Shown here piece after piece: positions 1 to 13,497 of a stretch of 64,000 nucleotides of DNA (within the stretch, counting starts at the first letter, position 1; each line of letters opens with the position of its first letter). The notes under the pieces were generated by a model. That model did no database searches and was not told the origin of the DNA. It saw only the letters and a list, made by a program, of their open reading frames with translations. The DNA comes from Dipteris shenzhenensis (lineage: Eukaryota). Location of the stretch: assembly GCA_047967505.1 (NCBI GenBank), contig CM106538.1. One strand, given 5' to 3'. The translations under genes and the position numbers were made by a program.

Positions 1-400
1 CGCTCAAGCAATAGGTTGGGGGATATATCCAACTTATTCTACAAGTCAAGAATTTTCTTGATTTGTGCAACAGGTTGATATACCCCCCAACCTGTTAATC
101 AATATATCCAACCTGTTCCACAAGTCAAGAATTTTCTTGATTTGTGCAACAGGTTGGATATATCCCCTAACCTGTTGCTCAATCCAACCTGTTGCACAAA
201 TCAAGAAAATTCTTAACTTGTGGAATAGGTTGGATATATCTCCTAACCTATTGCTCAAGCAACAGGTTGGGGATGCACCCCCAACCATATATCCAATCTG
301 TTGCACAAATCAAGAAAATTCTTGATTTGTGCAACAGGTTGGATATATCCCCCAACCTGTTGATATATCCAACCTGTTGCACAAATCAAAAAAATTCATT
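1..400. repeat. Tandem array of palindromic units (GTTGCACAAATCAAGAA-AA-TTCTTGATTTGTGCAAC plus CAGGTTGG..CCAACCTG)
   Basis: Same hairpin-forming unit recurs several times; near-identical ORFs appear on both strands (46..306 -, 65..325 +). Confidence 0.85.
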
Positions 401-414
401 AAATTTTGGTTGTA

Positions 415-600
415 TTTTAGGGTTAGGGTTTAGGGTTTAGGATTTAGGATTTAGCACTTAGGATTTAGAGTTTAGGGTTTAGGATTTATGGTCTAGGAGT
501 TTATGGTTTAGGAATTAAATGTTTAAAGTTTAGGATTTATGGTGGTTAAGATGTTTTGGTATTAATTGTTTAAAGTTTAGGATGTAGGGTTTAGGTTTAA
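415..600 (+). repeat. Degenerate plant telomere-like (TTTAGGG/TTTAGGA) tract, interstitial
   Basis: ttttagggttagggtttagggtttaggatttaggattt... decaying rightwards. Confidence 0.75.
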
Positions 601-708
601 TGCCTTCTCTGCTAGTTTTGATATAAAAGTTATTAAGTAATAATAAGCTCAATGATTATTTATTGTGTCTTTTTTTGAGTTACTAATCTATTTTTGTACA
701 TAAAACAG

Positions 709-1088
709 GTATTCATGCTAACAGAGGGTATGAATGTGGCGTTATATAAGAAGAATAAAGTGGTGGCTTTTGGACGAATTCATAGTCTTGATCCTATGAA
801 TGTTTGTCATTTCCAACATTGTGGTGAGAGAAGATGTGTAGTGATAATAACCAACGTTGTAAATCCTGAAGTACATTTAAAATATCCACATGGAGTCTTT
901 GAAACATTGTGAGATATCTTACAATGTGACATATTTGATATGCAAGCACACAGAATGCTCTGGGACCAAGATGAAATTATTCCAAAGACATACTTTCAAG
1001 ATATCAAGAAAACTTATTTTGAGGGGGAAAAAGTAGAGATGTTATCTTGCTCTGGAGAAGTTTTAGCAATTGGCAACTTTGATGCTTT
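709..1088 (+). pseudogene. CACTA/En-Spm TNP1-like (Transposase_23-type) exon remnant
   Basis: After a T-rich acceptor (aaaacag) reads VVAFGRIHSLDPMNVCHF..CVVIITNVVNPEVHLKYP..TL*..MLWD, then a second partial repeat VLAIGNF; internal stop. Confidence 0.5.
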
Positions 1089-2283
1089 GTGGAGTGAGGT
1101 AGCAATCCTCTAAGGTTCCTCTGTTTTTTGCAAGCTTTTCTAGACTATTTTTGAAGTTTGATGTTACACTAAATGCTAAGGTGATGCTTGAGGAATAAAG
1201 TATAGATCAGAGATTCTGAGATTACTTTTTAAGTTTAGTTGAATGAATTTTTCACCTTTTATGTTGAGGATTGAGGTTATGATACTTTGAAGTGGATTTC
1301 AAGTCATACTATCTTGTTGACTAGTTGACTAGTTGACTAGTGTGGATTGATTAACCACCATAATAAGAGCTTTCATGAAGGAAGAATATATCATGACTTG
1401 CATGATGGTTTCCAATGGATATGATTGGAACAAAGGTTTCAACTACAACCATTATGAATCTTATTTTGAATATGCTTTAGTTATGGTCTCAGTATCTTTC
1501 ATGATGTGGAAAATGTACTTGCATTTGGTTGACTATACCTTGCCATAAAATCATGACCACTTCTTGTACAAGAGTAGAAACTACCCTTGCATGACAAGTG
1601 GTAAGACCCTCTTCAGTCCATATAATTCACAAAATGGTTTTAAACCTTGGACACTCAAAGAAACTGAAGGACTACAAGGATCTTGTATTGCAGAATATGG
1701 ACAAGATACATTAAAGAGTGTGGAGAAGGACAAAGAGGAAAGGAGCTACAAGATTGGATACACCAAGAACGTCTCCAATGACAATGCACCTCACACTATG
1801 GTAGCTTGGAAGAGAAGAAGGAAAAGGACAAGATATGCCATCAAAGGGGGGTATTTCCCCACATCTTCCACTTAAAATAATTTTGTGTGTGTGGTCAATA
1901 AGGGTTCTTTGCCTTGGGATGTCCCCCTCAAATGATTGTTAGCCTTATGTGTTACCTTGTTGGATCTAAGGGTATTCCCATGCATAGTGATTGTCTATCT
2001 CCCAATTGTAAACCAAGAAACCAAAGCCAGAGTGAGAACATGTTGGGATGAGGATGCCCAAATGAGTCTACTACTGATGCAACTAGAGTGAGTACCAGGT
2101 TATGGATCATGAGTGTTGCCACTATGAGAGTGCTCTCAACGGAAGCAAGAACGGAAGAGGGAGAGAGAGAGACAGAGAGCCACACAAGTTTTGATGGGCG
2201 CAGAACACCCTAATCTTCTTTTCATTCATTTATATATGCATTTGAGTATTGTATATAACCGGGGTAAAGGCATAGTGACCTTT

Positions 2284-3640
2284 TGTAAGAAAATAATACA
2301 ACGTCTGTGCTCAACACATAACAGGATCTCGTACACAAGAGAGGAAACCAGATAGTATGGAGAATCAAAAATTTGATTACTGTAGAACTGATACAATAGA
2401 TGGCGCTACCTCCCAGCCGTGCGCTCCCGTGAAAGAAGCTTTGATGGTGAGCTGGAAATAGTAGAGGATGGAGGCTGGATGCTAAGGAATCAGGGTTGCT
2501 GTAGCTGGTGATGAAATGGGCTTCACGAGCTCGCTCTTATATAGCCACTAGTCATAGTCGGTTGGACCCAATCGGGTGACCGACCCAGTCCGCCCAAAAC
2601 GGTCGACTAGGGGTCAGTCCTAAAAAAGGCCACCAACCACACGATAGAGCTGTGGCATAAAATAGAGCAACTATCCTACGGTCTCCGTTCGGCCCACAGC
2701 CATCCAAGATCATCTGGGGCTCCAAACGGGCCCCACAACCCGAGAGTGGGCTGCCTTGAGAAACACTCTATCTACCCTCAGTGCGGTTAGTCATGGGATG
2801 CCTTCCCACACTTGCATGTAGCCTAGTTGGTAGTATGCCAACTCTGTCCAGCCATCAGGCCACACATGGCCCCCATTTGGTGTAAACCAGGACCTACCGG
2901 ATAACTGAGCTACTCAAATGCCTTCTCCTCATATGGGAGGCTTACAAATAGAGTTAGCTGGTTCTCGCGTAGTTACACGAGAGTGGAGCATTGATATCTA
3001 ACACCCCCCCTCAATGTCCACCAGTAAGTGAACTTACTTTTTCGGCCCAATGCCAAGTTGATGAAGATGCCTCTCCAACAAGTCTCTTCCAAGAGCCTTC
3101 GTGAAGATGTCCGTAGCATTCTTTGTAGTCGGACAATACACCAAGTCAACCTCTCCATCCATGATGAGCTTGCGTACAAAGTGATATTGAATCTCAATGT
3201 GTTTTGTGTGAGCGTGGAACACAGGGTTCTTTGTAATCGCCATGCAACTGTGATTGTCACATGATAACTGCTTAGGCTTGTTCTGCACTACACCCATGTC
3301 CCTCAAAATCCTCCTCAACCACACTGCCTCGCAAGAAGCAAAGCAAGTTAATTTGTACTCAGCCTTGGTAGAAGAAAGAGCAACTGTAGGTTGTTTCTTG
3401 CTGACCCATGACACAGCTCCAAATCCAAGTGAGAAACGGTAACCTATCACTGACCTCCTATTGTCCATGTCTCTTGCCTAATCTGAGTCATAGAATCTGG
3501 TCAAGATGTTGCCCTTGGTATAGGTGATGCCATAATCAAGTGTGCCTTTGATGTATTTTAGCACCTACATCCCTGCCCTCCAATGGTCTCCTGGGGCTTA
3601 TTGGAAAACCTGCTTAGTATACCAGTCGCAAAGCTAATGC
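2284..3640 (-). mobile_element. Ty1/copia family B 3' LTR (2284-3003) plus RT end/RNase H, nested in the family A LTR
   Basis: TGTAAG..CTAACA LTR; PPT at 3004-3012; ORF SWVSKKQPTVALSSTKAEY..CDNHS..NPVFHAHTKHIEIQYHFVR..DIFTKAL. Confidence 0.88.
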
Positions 3641-5056
3641 GGTACATAATCCAAATGGCATAAAAGTTTCATTCCATTCTGGTTCATGTGCCCCAACTTG
3701 TAATGCCACAAAGAAGTGCTTGGCTGCTCGGTTATTGCAACAACATGATCAAATACCCCTGATACATGTAAGGGATATAAAGTCCCACACTTGGCCCCCC
3801 TGGCCAAAAGCATAGAGCCCTTCTAAATTTTCCAACTCTGAAAGCCAAAAGTGGTGTGAAAACCAGCATCATCTAGCTGACCCATTGAAATAAGACTCTT
3901 GGTCAACCTAGGCACATGTCTCACAAGTTTCAAAATAAATGGAAACCCATTTGCAAAAGAAAACTTTATGTCACCTACTCCCACTATGTCACATGCATAG
4001 TCATTTCCAAGATGCACACAACCTGTCTTTCCACTGTCATAAGTGGAGAACCATTCCCTATGGGGAGTAACATGGAATGAAGCACCAAAATCCAAAATCT
4101 AATCCTGGGAATATGCATCATCTAAAGTGGTAAGGAACTCTGCAGATAAAGTAGACATGAAGAGAACATCATGGTTAGTATCATGTGTGACTGCATTGAT
4201 CTCCTTGATCTTCACTTTTCCTTTGTCCTCCCTTGGACTCTCTTCCTTATGATTTGCACCCCAATTTGCATTCTTTTTCTTATCCTTTTTCTCTCTTTTC
4301 ATCTTGTAGCAATCCTTTTTCATATGGCCCTTCTTGCCATAGTGATAGCACTCAATGTTCTGTGCCCTAGATTTTGCTATGAGACTTCCCTCTTTCTTGG
4401 GACTTCCCCCTGAACTGTGATCTGCCCCTTTGCACATTTAAGGCTGCATCCTGCTTGTTGCCATCCATAGACTTCTGTGGAATCTCCTCGGCCAATAAGC
4501 TACCCACAACATTATCAAATTTCAGTACTCCACCAGGTGCAGAGTTACTGATAGCTGTACGGAAGGTATCTCATGAGGATGGCAATGAATGTAAGAGAAA
4601 TATTGCCTTAGTCTCTGCATCAAAATTCATCTTCTGAGCTTGAAGCTGGCTGAAAATAATATTAAATTCATTCAAGTGAGAAGCAATGGAGACCCCTTCC
4701 TTCATCTATAGCTCAAACAACCTCTTCATGAGGTAAACTTTATTAGAGGCAGTTTCCTTCTCATAAATGGCACATAGTTTCTTCCACAAATCTTCTGAAG
4801 TCTGCTCATTTACTACTGTGAAATAAACTGACTTTGCAAAATGAAGTCTAATAGTAGACTTTGCTAATGCATCCAACTCATTACAAGCATCCTCAGACAT
4901 ATTTGCAGGCTTAGCTTCATCAATCCTTGCCAGGGGTTTAATCTACTTCTTTTGAATAAGCACATCCCTTATCTGTTCTTTCCACAAAGAAAAGTTTGTC
5001 CCATCAAACTTTTTAATGTTGAAAAACTCCTTTTCAAACATGGAAGAGGATGCCAT
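3640..5056 (-). pseudogene. Copia gag (UBN2), zinc knuckle, protease and GAG-pre-integrase, with stops
   Basis: LAKSTIRLH..LWKKL..YEKETASNKVYLMKRLF; CYHYGKKGHMKKDC; DFGASFHVTPHREWF. Confidence 0.88.
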
Positions 5057-7789
5057 GATGCAAATGAAGTGAAATCCCAAATGCTAGTGCCTGTAAGAGA
5101 GAATCACACCAAATACCAGGTGCACCCAAATGTGTATGCCACAATAGACTGAAATATCACCAAAGCTCAAAGCTTAAAGCATCAAAAGATGCAATTGACT
5201 CATGTGCATGTACTATGCATCCATATGAGCAAATCTGGCCCAAAAGAAAATGCCAACTGCAATGGCAATCCAAAATGCCAATAAGTGCCAAATGGCTCAA
5301 GCATAAACACCGTTCATGGGCATACGCATCAATAATATCTCATCCAAGAGAGCATAACACTATCAGTGCATCCATTGCAATGTGTCAAAGCTGTCCCTCA
5401 GCATAATATAGCATCCATGTGCAAAGCGTCCATAAAAATAGCATCCCACAAGGCAATCTAGGCCTATCAGTGCATCCAATAAGGATCGTAATGCATCCAA
5501 AATGGCCTATAAATAATCCACTGCAACCCAATGCACACCATGAATGAGCGCACATGGCTCAAACTACAACCAAAGTGATCTGCATAAGGTATGCTCAAGA
5601 AATCATGGTCCCCCTGAAAAGGGCCGCTACTGAAAATAGAACCTGAGATGCCTCAAAACATGGGCGCCATTGCATTATCAGATTCAACAAGAAAATTTGC
5701 AAATATCTCTCTTCTGCCGGAACTCCAAAATCCCAACCGATGAGTGAGAAATGGGAGTCAACACTTATCCACTGCCATATGGCATAAATGTAAGGTTTCA
5801 AAACCTTAGAATGAAAAATGCATAACAGAGAGACGAAATCGAATACACAGAGATCTATAACTCTAAAAATACTCCACCGAGTCGTGCAAGAACTGACAAG
5901 TAGGAGTTTTTGGGCATCCGGAATGCAATGGGACAGACGGTTTTAGAAATCATGGTCTCAATCATTGGGTCCAACACACCGACTGAAAAACGTTTTTGGA
6001 AACAGAGCTGTTTGTAAACTCCATCGGAGTGTGAATGATGAGCAACGTAGAAGTTTTAGGACCTCCTGAGTCCACCAAAACTGACAGATCTGCAAATGGT
6101 TGCTCCAAACTTGAGTTCCAACACTCGGGCAGAAAAACGTAGGAACTGACACAGTGAGTCAGAAATCCAATGAAATGATTCGAGATTCAAGAATGAAGGT
6201 GTTTCCAAGCTCCTAAAGTGAAGTGGACACTAAAAGCAAGCAATAGTTGCATCTACAAGTCAATACGGAGTCTCTGTCATCGAACGGAACAGGGAAAAGC
6301 TCAAAAAAATGACTTTTTCTTTGAAAACACTTAACAAGCTCTCAAAACCACTTCGCAAAGCCAAAGTGACTTTTCCAAAGGTTCCTCCAAGGTCTCTACA
6401 CACTAGGATGCAAGTAAAGTCACCCATAAAGCTTCCCACGGAGCTTCTCCTTCCTCCCACAAAGCTGCTGAGCTTCCAAGCATTCACGCACGCTCAGCTA
6501 GATCATCCGGGCTTTGATACCAGTTGAGAGTGCTCTCAACGGAAGCAAGAATGGAAGAGGGAGAGAGAGAGACAGAGAGCCACACAAGTTTTGGTGGGTG
6601 TAGAACACCCTAATCTTCTTTTTCATTCATTTATATATGCATTTGAGTATTGTATGTAACCGGGGTAAAGGCACAGTGACCTTTAACCCCCACACATTAG
6701 AGGTGGGCAAGCCATGAAGTTTCCCATGGACTACTGCTAGGGTTGAGGTCATCAATTTGTGGGGGGGAATGAAGGACAAATTGATGTAATGGGATCTAGA
6801 GTCCTAAGGTCTAAGGTTGTGAGTGTGTGAACACATGGTGTGCCTGGATATAGGTGTCAGTAGGTGTGATTGAGTGAATCTAGGTGTGTGGTATGTGATT
6901 GAGAGTATCATGGAACTGATTGAGAAATTTGTGGATCTAGATGCTCTACTAAGCTCACATGTGATGTCACTACTGGATGTAACTGGAGCCTATATATTGG
7001 GCCTGTCTCTCTTGAATAAACACTCTCTTTTTTTTTCACTTGCTCAATCCTTCTTGCAACTCCAACGTTAAATACCTGCAACCTGCCCCCGCCGTGCAAA
7101 TGCCCTATAAACCGCATGCACCTTGACGTGACCTTGCGCAGACTTTGGTTTGCCATTGTCTTATTTCGGATAAGTTGTCTTCTATTGTTTGCTTGCCTCA
7201 CCAGCTAGCTTCTCTCTATTTTGGTTTGGCATTATTGTCTTTCATTGATCATCACCATGGCAACATGCAGCTTGCCATGGCTTACAAAACAGAAGTTGTG
7301 AGATAGAAAAGCTGAAAAGCTTGATCAAGGCACAAGGAATAGAAGACTCCTTGCAAAGTAGTAGCAGGAAGAAGTTGTTGCAAATGCATGCATTTGATCA
7401 TTGCCATCAAAGTGAAGAAAACAAGCTGTGATGTCATGATTGGTGGTAGCATTTGAGGAAGCAACATCAGGCCATTTAGGTAAATACCATTCTCAAGTCT
7501 TCATAAGATTTAGCCTGCACTCTAAAGTTCATAGAGTGACAACCCTACCAACACCTTGTATTTTTGTGCCAAAACGTCACCACTATTGTAATCACTTCTG
7601 CACTTAGGTTGTCTCTCCTTTTCTTGCATTCTGTTGAAGCCCATAGACTACTTGGATCGGGATAATCAGGCATTGATTCCACTCTTTGTGCATCTCTCCC
7701 GAGTTTCTTCAAATAACAAGGACATCTGTAGAAAGTAGACGGGATACAAGATGTTTGATGAGCACATCATACACATGCTTGATACAATG

Positions 7790-8280
7790 CAGGTTAGTGG
7801 TTGCCTAAACCATCCCAGTGGTTGCTTGTGATTGAGCTTTGGGATAGTTTACTTGTTTCATTTCTTGATACAATACAGGTCAATGGTTGCCTAAACCAAC
7901 CCGGTGGTTGTTTGTGATTGAGCTTTTGGATAGTTTACTAGGCTGGCCTGGACTTAATGTGATTGTCCTAAACTAGCCCAGTGGTTGGAATATCATGCAA
8001 CCATGTGGCTGTTCAGCTCAAACACTAGAACCAGGCTGGCTTGAACTTAATGTGATTGTCCTAAACCAGCTCGGTGGTTGGAACATCATGCAATCGTGGT
8101 TGGATCAGCTCAAAGACCAATTATGTGATTATCTTAAACCAACCCGGTGGTTGGAACATCATGCAACTGTGTGGCTGGTTCAGCTCAAACCTCAGAACCA
8201 GGCTGGACTTAATGTGCTTGTCCTAAACTAGCTCGGTGGTTGGAACATCATGCAATCGTGATTGGGTCAGCTCAAACACT
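7790..8280. repeat. Minisatellite (cctaaac..ggtggttggaacatcatgcaa..cagctcaaa)
   Basis: Several visible tandem copies. Confidence 0.8.
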
Positions 8281-8715
8281 AGTTAAGGCTAGAGGAGGTA
8301 GGCACTGGCAACGAAATGTATTTTTGTTGGTTTAGGATTACTACAACCCCCACAAAATATAATCTTTAGTAAATCCCAAACAACCACTGTGCTTGTTTTA
8401 GTAAATCCCAATTGTTAAATGCCAAACAAGGGAAAATGTAAATCCCAAACAACGATCTCACAACGATTGAGCTTGTTTTAGTTGTGCATGAGGGACCATA
8501 GTTTCAGATTAGCATTCAGTCGGAATCAGATTGTAATAATAATGACTATGCATGAGGGACCATCTAATTCACAAGCTTAGCTTAGCATTGAGCCGGAATC
8601 AGACTGTGATAATAATGACTTTGCATCTATTCACAAGCTTAGATTAGCATTCAGTCAGTTTATCAGGCTGTAATAACAATAGTTTAGAATGAGAACTAGC
8701 ATTAAGATGAGATAG
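8281..8715. repeat. ~430-bp direct repeat; second copy at ~9671-10125
   Basis: Both copies start agtt(a/g)aggctagaggaggtaggca and end caatagtttagaatgagaacta. Confidence 0.8.
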
Positions 8716-10189
8716 ACTATAAGAACACATCACATGGTTAGAATAACCATCTAATCACATGTCATGAGTAAAGTAGTCATAAGAAAATAAAACCTTTGAA
8801 TCCAACTAAATGCAACATTTTCAAATTATAAGGTCCACCTAAGTGAAGCAATCGTATCCAAGGACGTATAAGTGGCAAATTAATTCTTTAAAACTCAAGT
8901 TATATAGAAAAGCCAAATGTATAGTCAGCCCCTAAAGTTATATACCCAGGTAGTATACAACCAAGTTTTACTCTTGAAAAGAGACCAGCATTGTATCTAA
9001 ATATGGATAAATACAAAGACTATTTACTATTTTTTTTCAAAGAAGACAATTTACTACTTAACTCAAGTTCTATTGAAAAGTCGACTATATTAGAGGGGCG
9101 GTAACCCCTAAAAAACTCCTGGGTAATATATATCCAAGATTACAAGAGATAAAGTTTGAGATCTTTGAAGGACTTTATATTTACACAAGGATTCCAGGAC
9201 GCAAGCTCGACACTTTGCAAAGTGGGAGCCTTCAGCAACATACTTCACAAACTATGGGTTCTTATAGTATTGAAGGCATTCCCACAGTTCCTCATGCAAT
9301 ATGACCATCACTCTATGTTCCTCCACCAAGCGATCAATCTCATCTACGATAATCTTGGGTTGTTGAGGGACCCCTTGCGAAATGGCTTCATCAAGCTCAG
9401 GACAAGCGGTAGGAAAAATGTCATTGCCTCCATGGCTTTCCATCTCTGTTCCTCTGCTGTTCCTTCACTTGAGACCTGTTGGGTTTTTAAACTAGTTTGC
9501 TCTCCTGCTATCCAAGATGTAATTGTTCACATATTCTAATCTGTCAAATCAAGCCATCTTGACATGCTCAACGATGTAATCCAGTGAGATATTTGCCATC
9601 TTTGAAGACCCATGTACCAATAGATTCACCACACATTACATTGATGAATATGAAAGGTTAGTTGTATGATAGTTGAGGCTAGAGGAGGTAGGCAATGGCA
9701 ATGAAATGTATTTTTGTTGGTTTAGGATTAACTGCTACCCCACAAAATATAATCTTTAGTAAATGCCAAACAACACCGCGCTTGTTTTAATAAATCCCAA
9801 TCAATAAATCCTAAACAAGGGAAAATATAAATCCCAAACAGTATACTAATCCCAAATAGCTACTGAGCTTGTTTTAGTGATAATAACTGTGCATGAGGGA
9901 CTGACTAATTCATAGGTTCAGATTAGCATTCAGTTGGAATTAGACTGTAATAACAATGATTGTGCATGAGGGACCATCTAATTCACAGGCTCAAATTAGC
10001 ATTGAGGTGGAATCAAACTGTAATAACAATGACTTTGCATGGGGGAACATCGAGTTCACAAGCTTACATTAGCATTCAATCGGTGTATCATGATATAATT
10101 ACAATAGTTTAGAATGAGAACTATTGTTGTTATTATAGCCTAAGGCATCTAGTTCACAAGCTGCCCAGATTAGCAATTTTTGATAATCG

Positions 10190-11005
10190 AAAAATTCTCC
10201 CATGGCAACCATCTAATTGCACATCATAGCTAGACGATGATGTATATAGTAGCCTATGCTAGGCTAGGCCAGCAACAAAGCTGGGTGTATGCATTACCGC
10301 TCCTCCCCCCTCATCCCATTGAATTATTATGATCTTGGCTCCGATGACCAAGAAATTCTCCCATGGCAACCATCTTATCGCATGTCATGGCTAGATGATG
10401 ATGCATATGATTGCCTATGCTAGGCTGGGCTATCATCAAAGCTAAGTGTATGTGCCACCACTCCTCCCCCCTCATCCCATTGAATTATTATGATCTTTGC
10501 TCCGATGACCAAGAAATTCTCCCATGGCAACCATCTAATCGCACATCATGGTTAGTTGATGATGTATATGACTGCCTATGCTAAGCTGGGTTACCAACGA
10601 AGCTGGGTGTATGTGCCATCGCTCCTCCCCCCTCATCCTATTGAATTATCATGATCTTGGCTCCGATGACTAAGAAATTCTAGCATGGCAACCATCCAAT
10701 CACATGTCATGGCTAGACGATGATGTAGATGACTGCCCACACTAGGCTGAGCTACCAACAAAATCCAGCTGGTGGATTGTGTGCTCTTATCAATGATAGG
10801 CACCTAGAGTCACACAACTAACATAAGATCTTAGATCCTATGACCAAGAAATTCTAGCATGGCAACCATCTAATCGCACGTTGTCATGGCTAGACGATGA
10901 TGTAGATGACTGCCTACGCTAGGTTGGGCTACCAGCAAAATCCAGCTGATGGATTGTGTGTTCTTAGTAGCGATAGGCACCCAGAGTCACACAACTAACA
11001 CAAGA
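10190..11005. repeat. Tandem repeat of ~160-180-bp units
   Basis: aaattct(cc/ag)catggcaaccatc..gctagacgatgatgta recurs five times. Confidence 0.85.
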
Positions 11006-13184
11006 AATAAAGGGGGAAAGAGTGGGAGGGCGGCAAGTCTAGCTATATAAAGGCCTTAAGGGTAGAGAAATAATTCACCGCACCTAGGAAAATTTCTCTC
11101 CTACCGCCTTCCACGCTTTCTCCAAGCCCCTTTCTACCCCTATGATGAATCTTCTGCTGCAACCTTGATGCCCATTCATAATGCTACCCAAGTCATGGGA
11201 TCCATTTTTTGCCTTGGCTCTCCATCCTGCAACATTCCACCAGCCATAGACATGACCAAGGGAGTTGCAGGATGGTGAGCCAAGGGAAACTGGTCGTTGT
11301 TAAGTTCTCTCTGCCCGTGGTGCCTTGAAAGAAGCAATTCTTTGATAACTCCACCAGTTCCTCAAGAAAGAAGTTGCTATGATGAAGGCAATTCCTTGAA
11401 AGACTTGAAAGAAAAACCTCATGACCAACCATGTTGCAGGATGGGGAGCTAAGGGAAACAAGTCGTTGTTTCGTGAGGCACTCGGAGAGAACTCAACTTG
11501 GTGTTGAGCCTCTCGTAATTGTGCACAACCTTCTGCACTGGGGAAGGAACTCAACTTGGTGGGCAACTCTAATGCACTGAGAGCATGCGTGAGTGTGCTG
11601 GAGGTCACCACCATATTGAGTTTCCTATTCACCACTGTCAAATGTTGTGCTCAATCGAGCTCACCTCCAAGTTGAGTTTCCTTTTCCAGTGCCTTGACTT
11701 CTAAAGTTGCTATGAAAAAGGTTATTTCAATTATGAGGTGCTTGTATTATCCCCTATGTATGAGGAGTTCCAGGTCAAAATTGTAAGAAAGTCCTACCTA
11801 GGATAGCACTATGAGGTGCTTGTATTGTCCCCTACATACAAAGCACCAGGTCAAAAGTGTATGAAAGTGCTAACAAGTGCAAAAAGTGACACCTAGTCCT
11901 ACCACAGTGGTGGTGTTGACAAGTGCTTAAAGAAGTAGCACAAAAACAAAGTGCTAGCATCTTTGTATGTAATCTGTTTTGTTTATTTTGTTTCAATTTT
12001 GATGTAATACTATTATTGCAAAAAATCTTAGATGTAATTTCTTTTGTTTTAATTTCAATGTAGTATGATTATCGCCAAAACTATTGTTGGATGTTACTTC
12101 GGTAGTGAAAGTGGCTCTAATGAAGAACAAATGGCATATTTCTGCCCTCGTTTACATTTTACTTTAACCATAGGGATTGTTGCACAAGAAATTGTTGAAA
12201 AAATTATTCTTACTGTAGTGAAAATGGTTCCAATAACCAGCGCGGTGCTTTAGAACTATGATAACTCCAATAACCAGCGCGGTGGTTGCAAGGAAACTAT
12301 ACTAAATTGTAAGTGCTACATCCTCCTTGGCTTGGAACTGAAAAAGCTCCAAGAATGTGTGCCGTGGTTGAGAAATTGTTGCATAAGGAGTAATACAACT
12401 AAAATATCTCTTAAATAACACTATTTTCCTTGGTTTAGAACTAAAATAGCTTCGACATCCAGCATGGTAGTTGCGGATATGGAACTTGAGGGGTCTCGTT
12501 AGAGATTGACATGCCACAGTGTCTTCATGCCAACATGGTGGTCTCTCTATGCCAACATCATTGCTTGAACCAGCACGGTGGTCAGTGCATCAAAAGATTG
12601 TGTTGCGTAGCGATAGATGGCAAAGTTGCATAATGACAGGTGGCAAGGCAAAATTTTGGTGCTGTTGTCAGGCCAATGTGGTTGTCCTCGAGCCAGCATG
12701 GTGGTCAGCGTAGCAAAAGATCATGTTACACATTGATAGATGGCAAAGCTGCGCAAGCAAACATGGCAAGGCAAAGGCTACGTGATGTAATCAGGCCGAT
12801 GTAATCAGGCCAGAGGCAGAGCAACAGTCTCTATGCTCATGAGTAAATGCATATAGTGCCTTATGTCAAGCACTGCGCTATTAGGTTGTGTCTCATTATT
12901 ACACCAGTGCACGTTCATGATGTCGCAAAAATTTCTGGTGAGAGCGCGGGTCTGTGCAAAATTCAAATATTCACCTAGAAGCACATCACGTCGTGGCCCC
13001 AAAATGGCTTCAAAAATAGTTTTGCGATTGGCTACACCCAAGCAAACGTGACCCGACCATAGTAGCAGGCCATGACCAACTTGCTGAAGCAAATGATTTC
13101 AATAATTTGGTGGAAGCTGTTCAAAGGGTAGAAAGAAGATCTGGAGCAAATGATTTCAATAATCTGGTGGAAGTTGCTCAAAGG

Positions 13185-13497
13185 GCAAAATTGTGGTATT
13201 TCTGAATCTAGACAGATGTCTTTGTTCCTAGGTAAAGCAATAACACACCAGGGAATACAGGCATTACCTGTCTATCCAACTAAAACTATGATGTTCTAAC
13301 ACCTAGTTTTTCTTGGATGGTGGTAGGTAAGTGGACCCTAACCTTAAAACTTGGACTACCGGACAGATTTGACACTTTTGTACCAATTTTTGTTTTATGG
13401 ACACCCATATAATATTTAATTTTTTATCCACCCTTATTTGAGCTTTGTGTGCTATGTTGTTGAAAGGTTTTATTTTTTTAAACACACACACACACAC
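13185..13497 (+). mobile_element. 3'-end module of a (CA)n-terminated element (copy 1)
   Basis: Near-identical to 16309-16608; both run directly into (CA)n. Confidence 0.7.

Larger units (their letters stand above)
2125..6694 (-). mobile_element. Ty1/copia family A element with ~170-bp LTRs (2125-2283 truncated; 6525-6694), internally deleted
   Basis: Matching LTRs; Met-tRNA PBS (gctttgatacca) at ~6511-6522; TSD cacta/catta; gag, zinc knuckle and protease ORFs. Confidence 0.9.
1089..7054 (+). mobile_element. 5'-truncated non-autonomous LTR retroelement, split by a copia insertion at 2125-6694; 3' LTR 6770-7054
   Basis: PPT atcaatttgtggggggg at ~6751-6767 followed by TGAAGGA..TCCTTC LTR; internal and LTR sequence homologous to the intact element at 17755-19882. 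Confidence 0.65.
7055..13054 (-). mobile_element. Decayed DNA transposon ending in a GGGTCACGTTTG terminus, with subterminal repeats and minus-strand exon remnants (possibly Sola2-like)
   Basis: Terminal ~300 bp shared with 47480-47775 and both copies stop at the same GACCC; exon ~7553-7727 reads WASTECKKRRDNLSAEVITIVVTFWHKNTR; left boundary uncertain. Confidence 0.4.

Noticed and set aside
415-600. True chromosome telomere
   Set aside because: Short, degenerate and flanked on both sides by other sequence
7790-11005. Regular repeats resembling a CRISPR array
   Set aside because: Whole units repeat with no unique spacers; eukaryotic context and no cas genes
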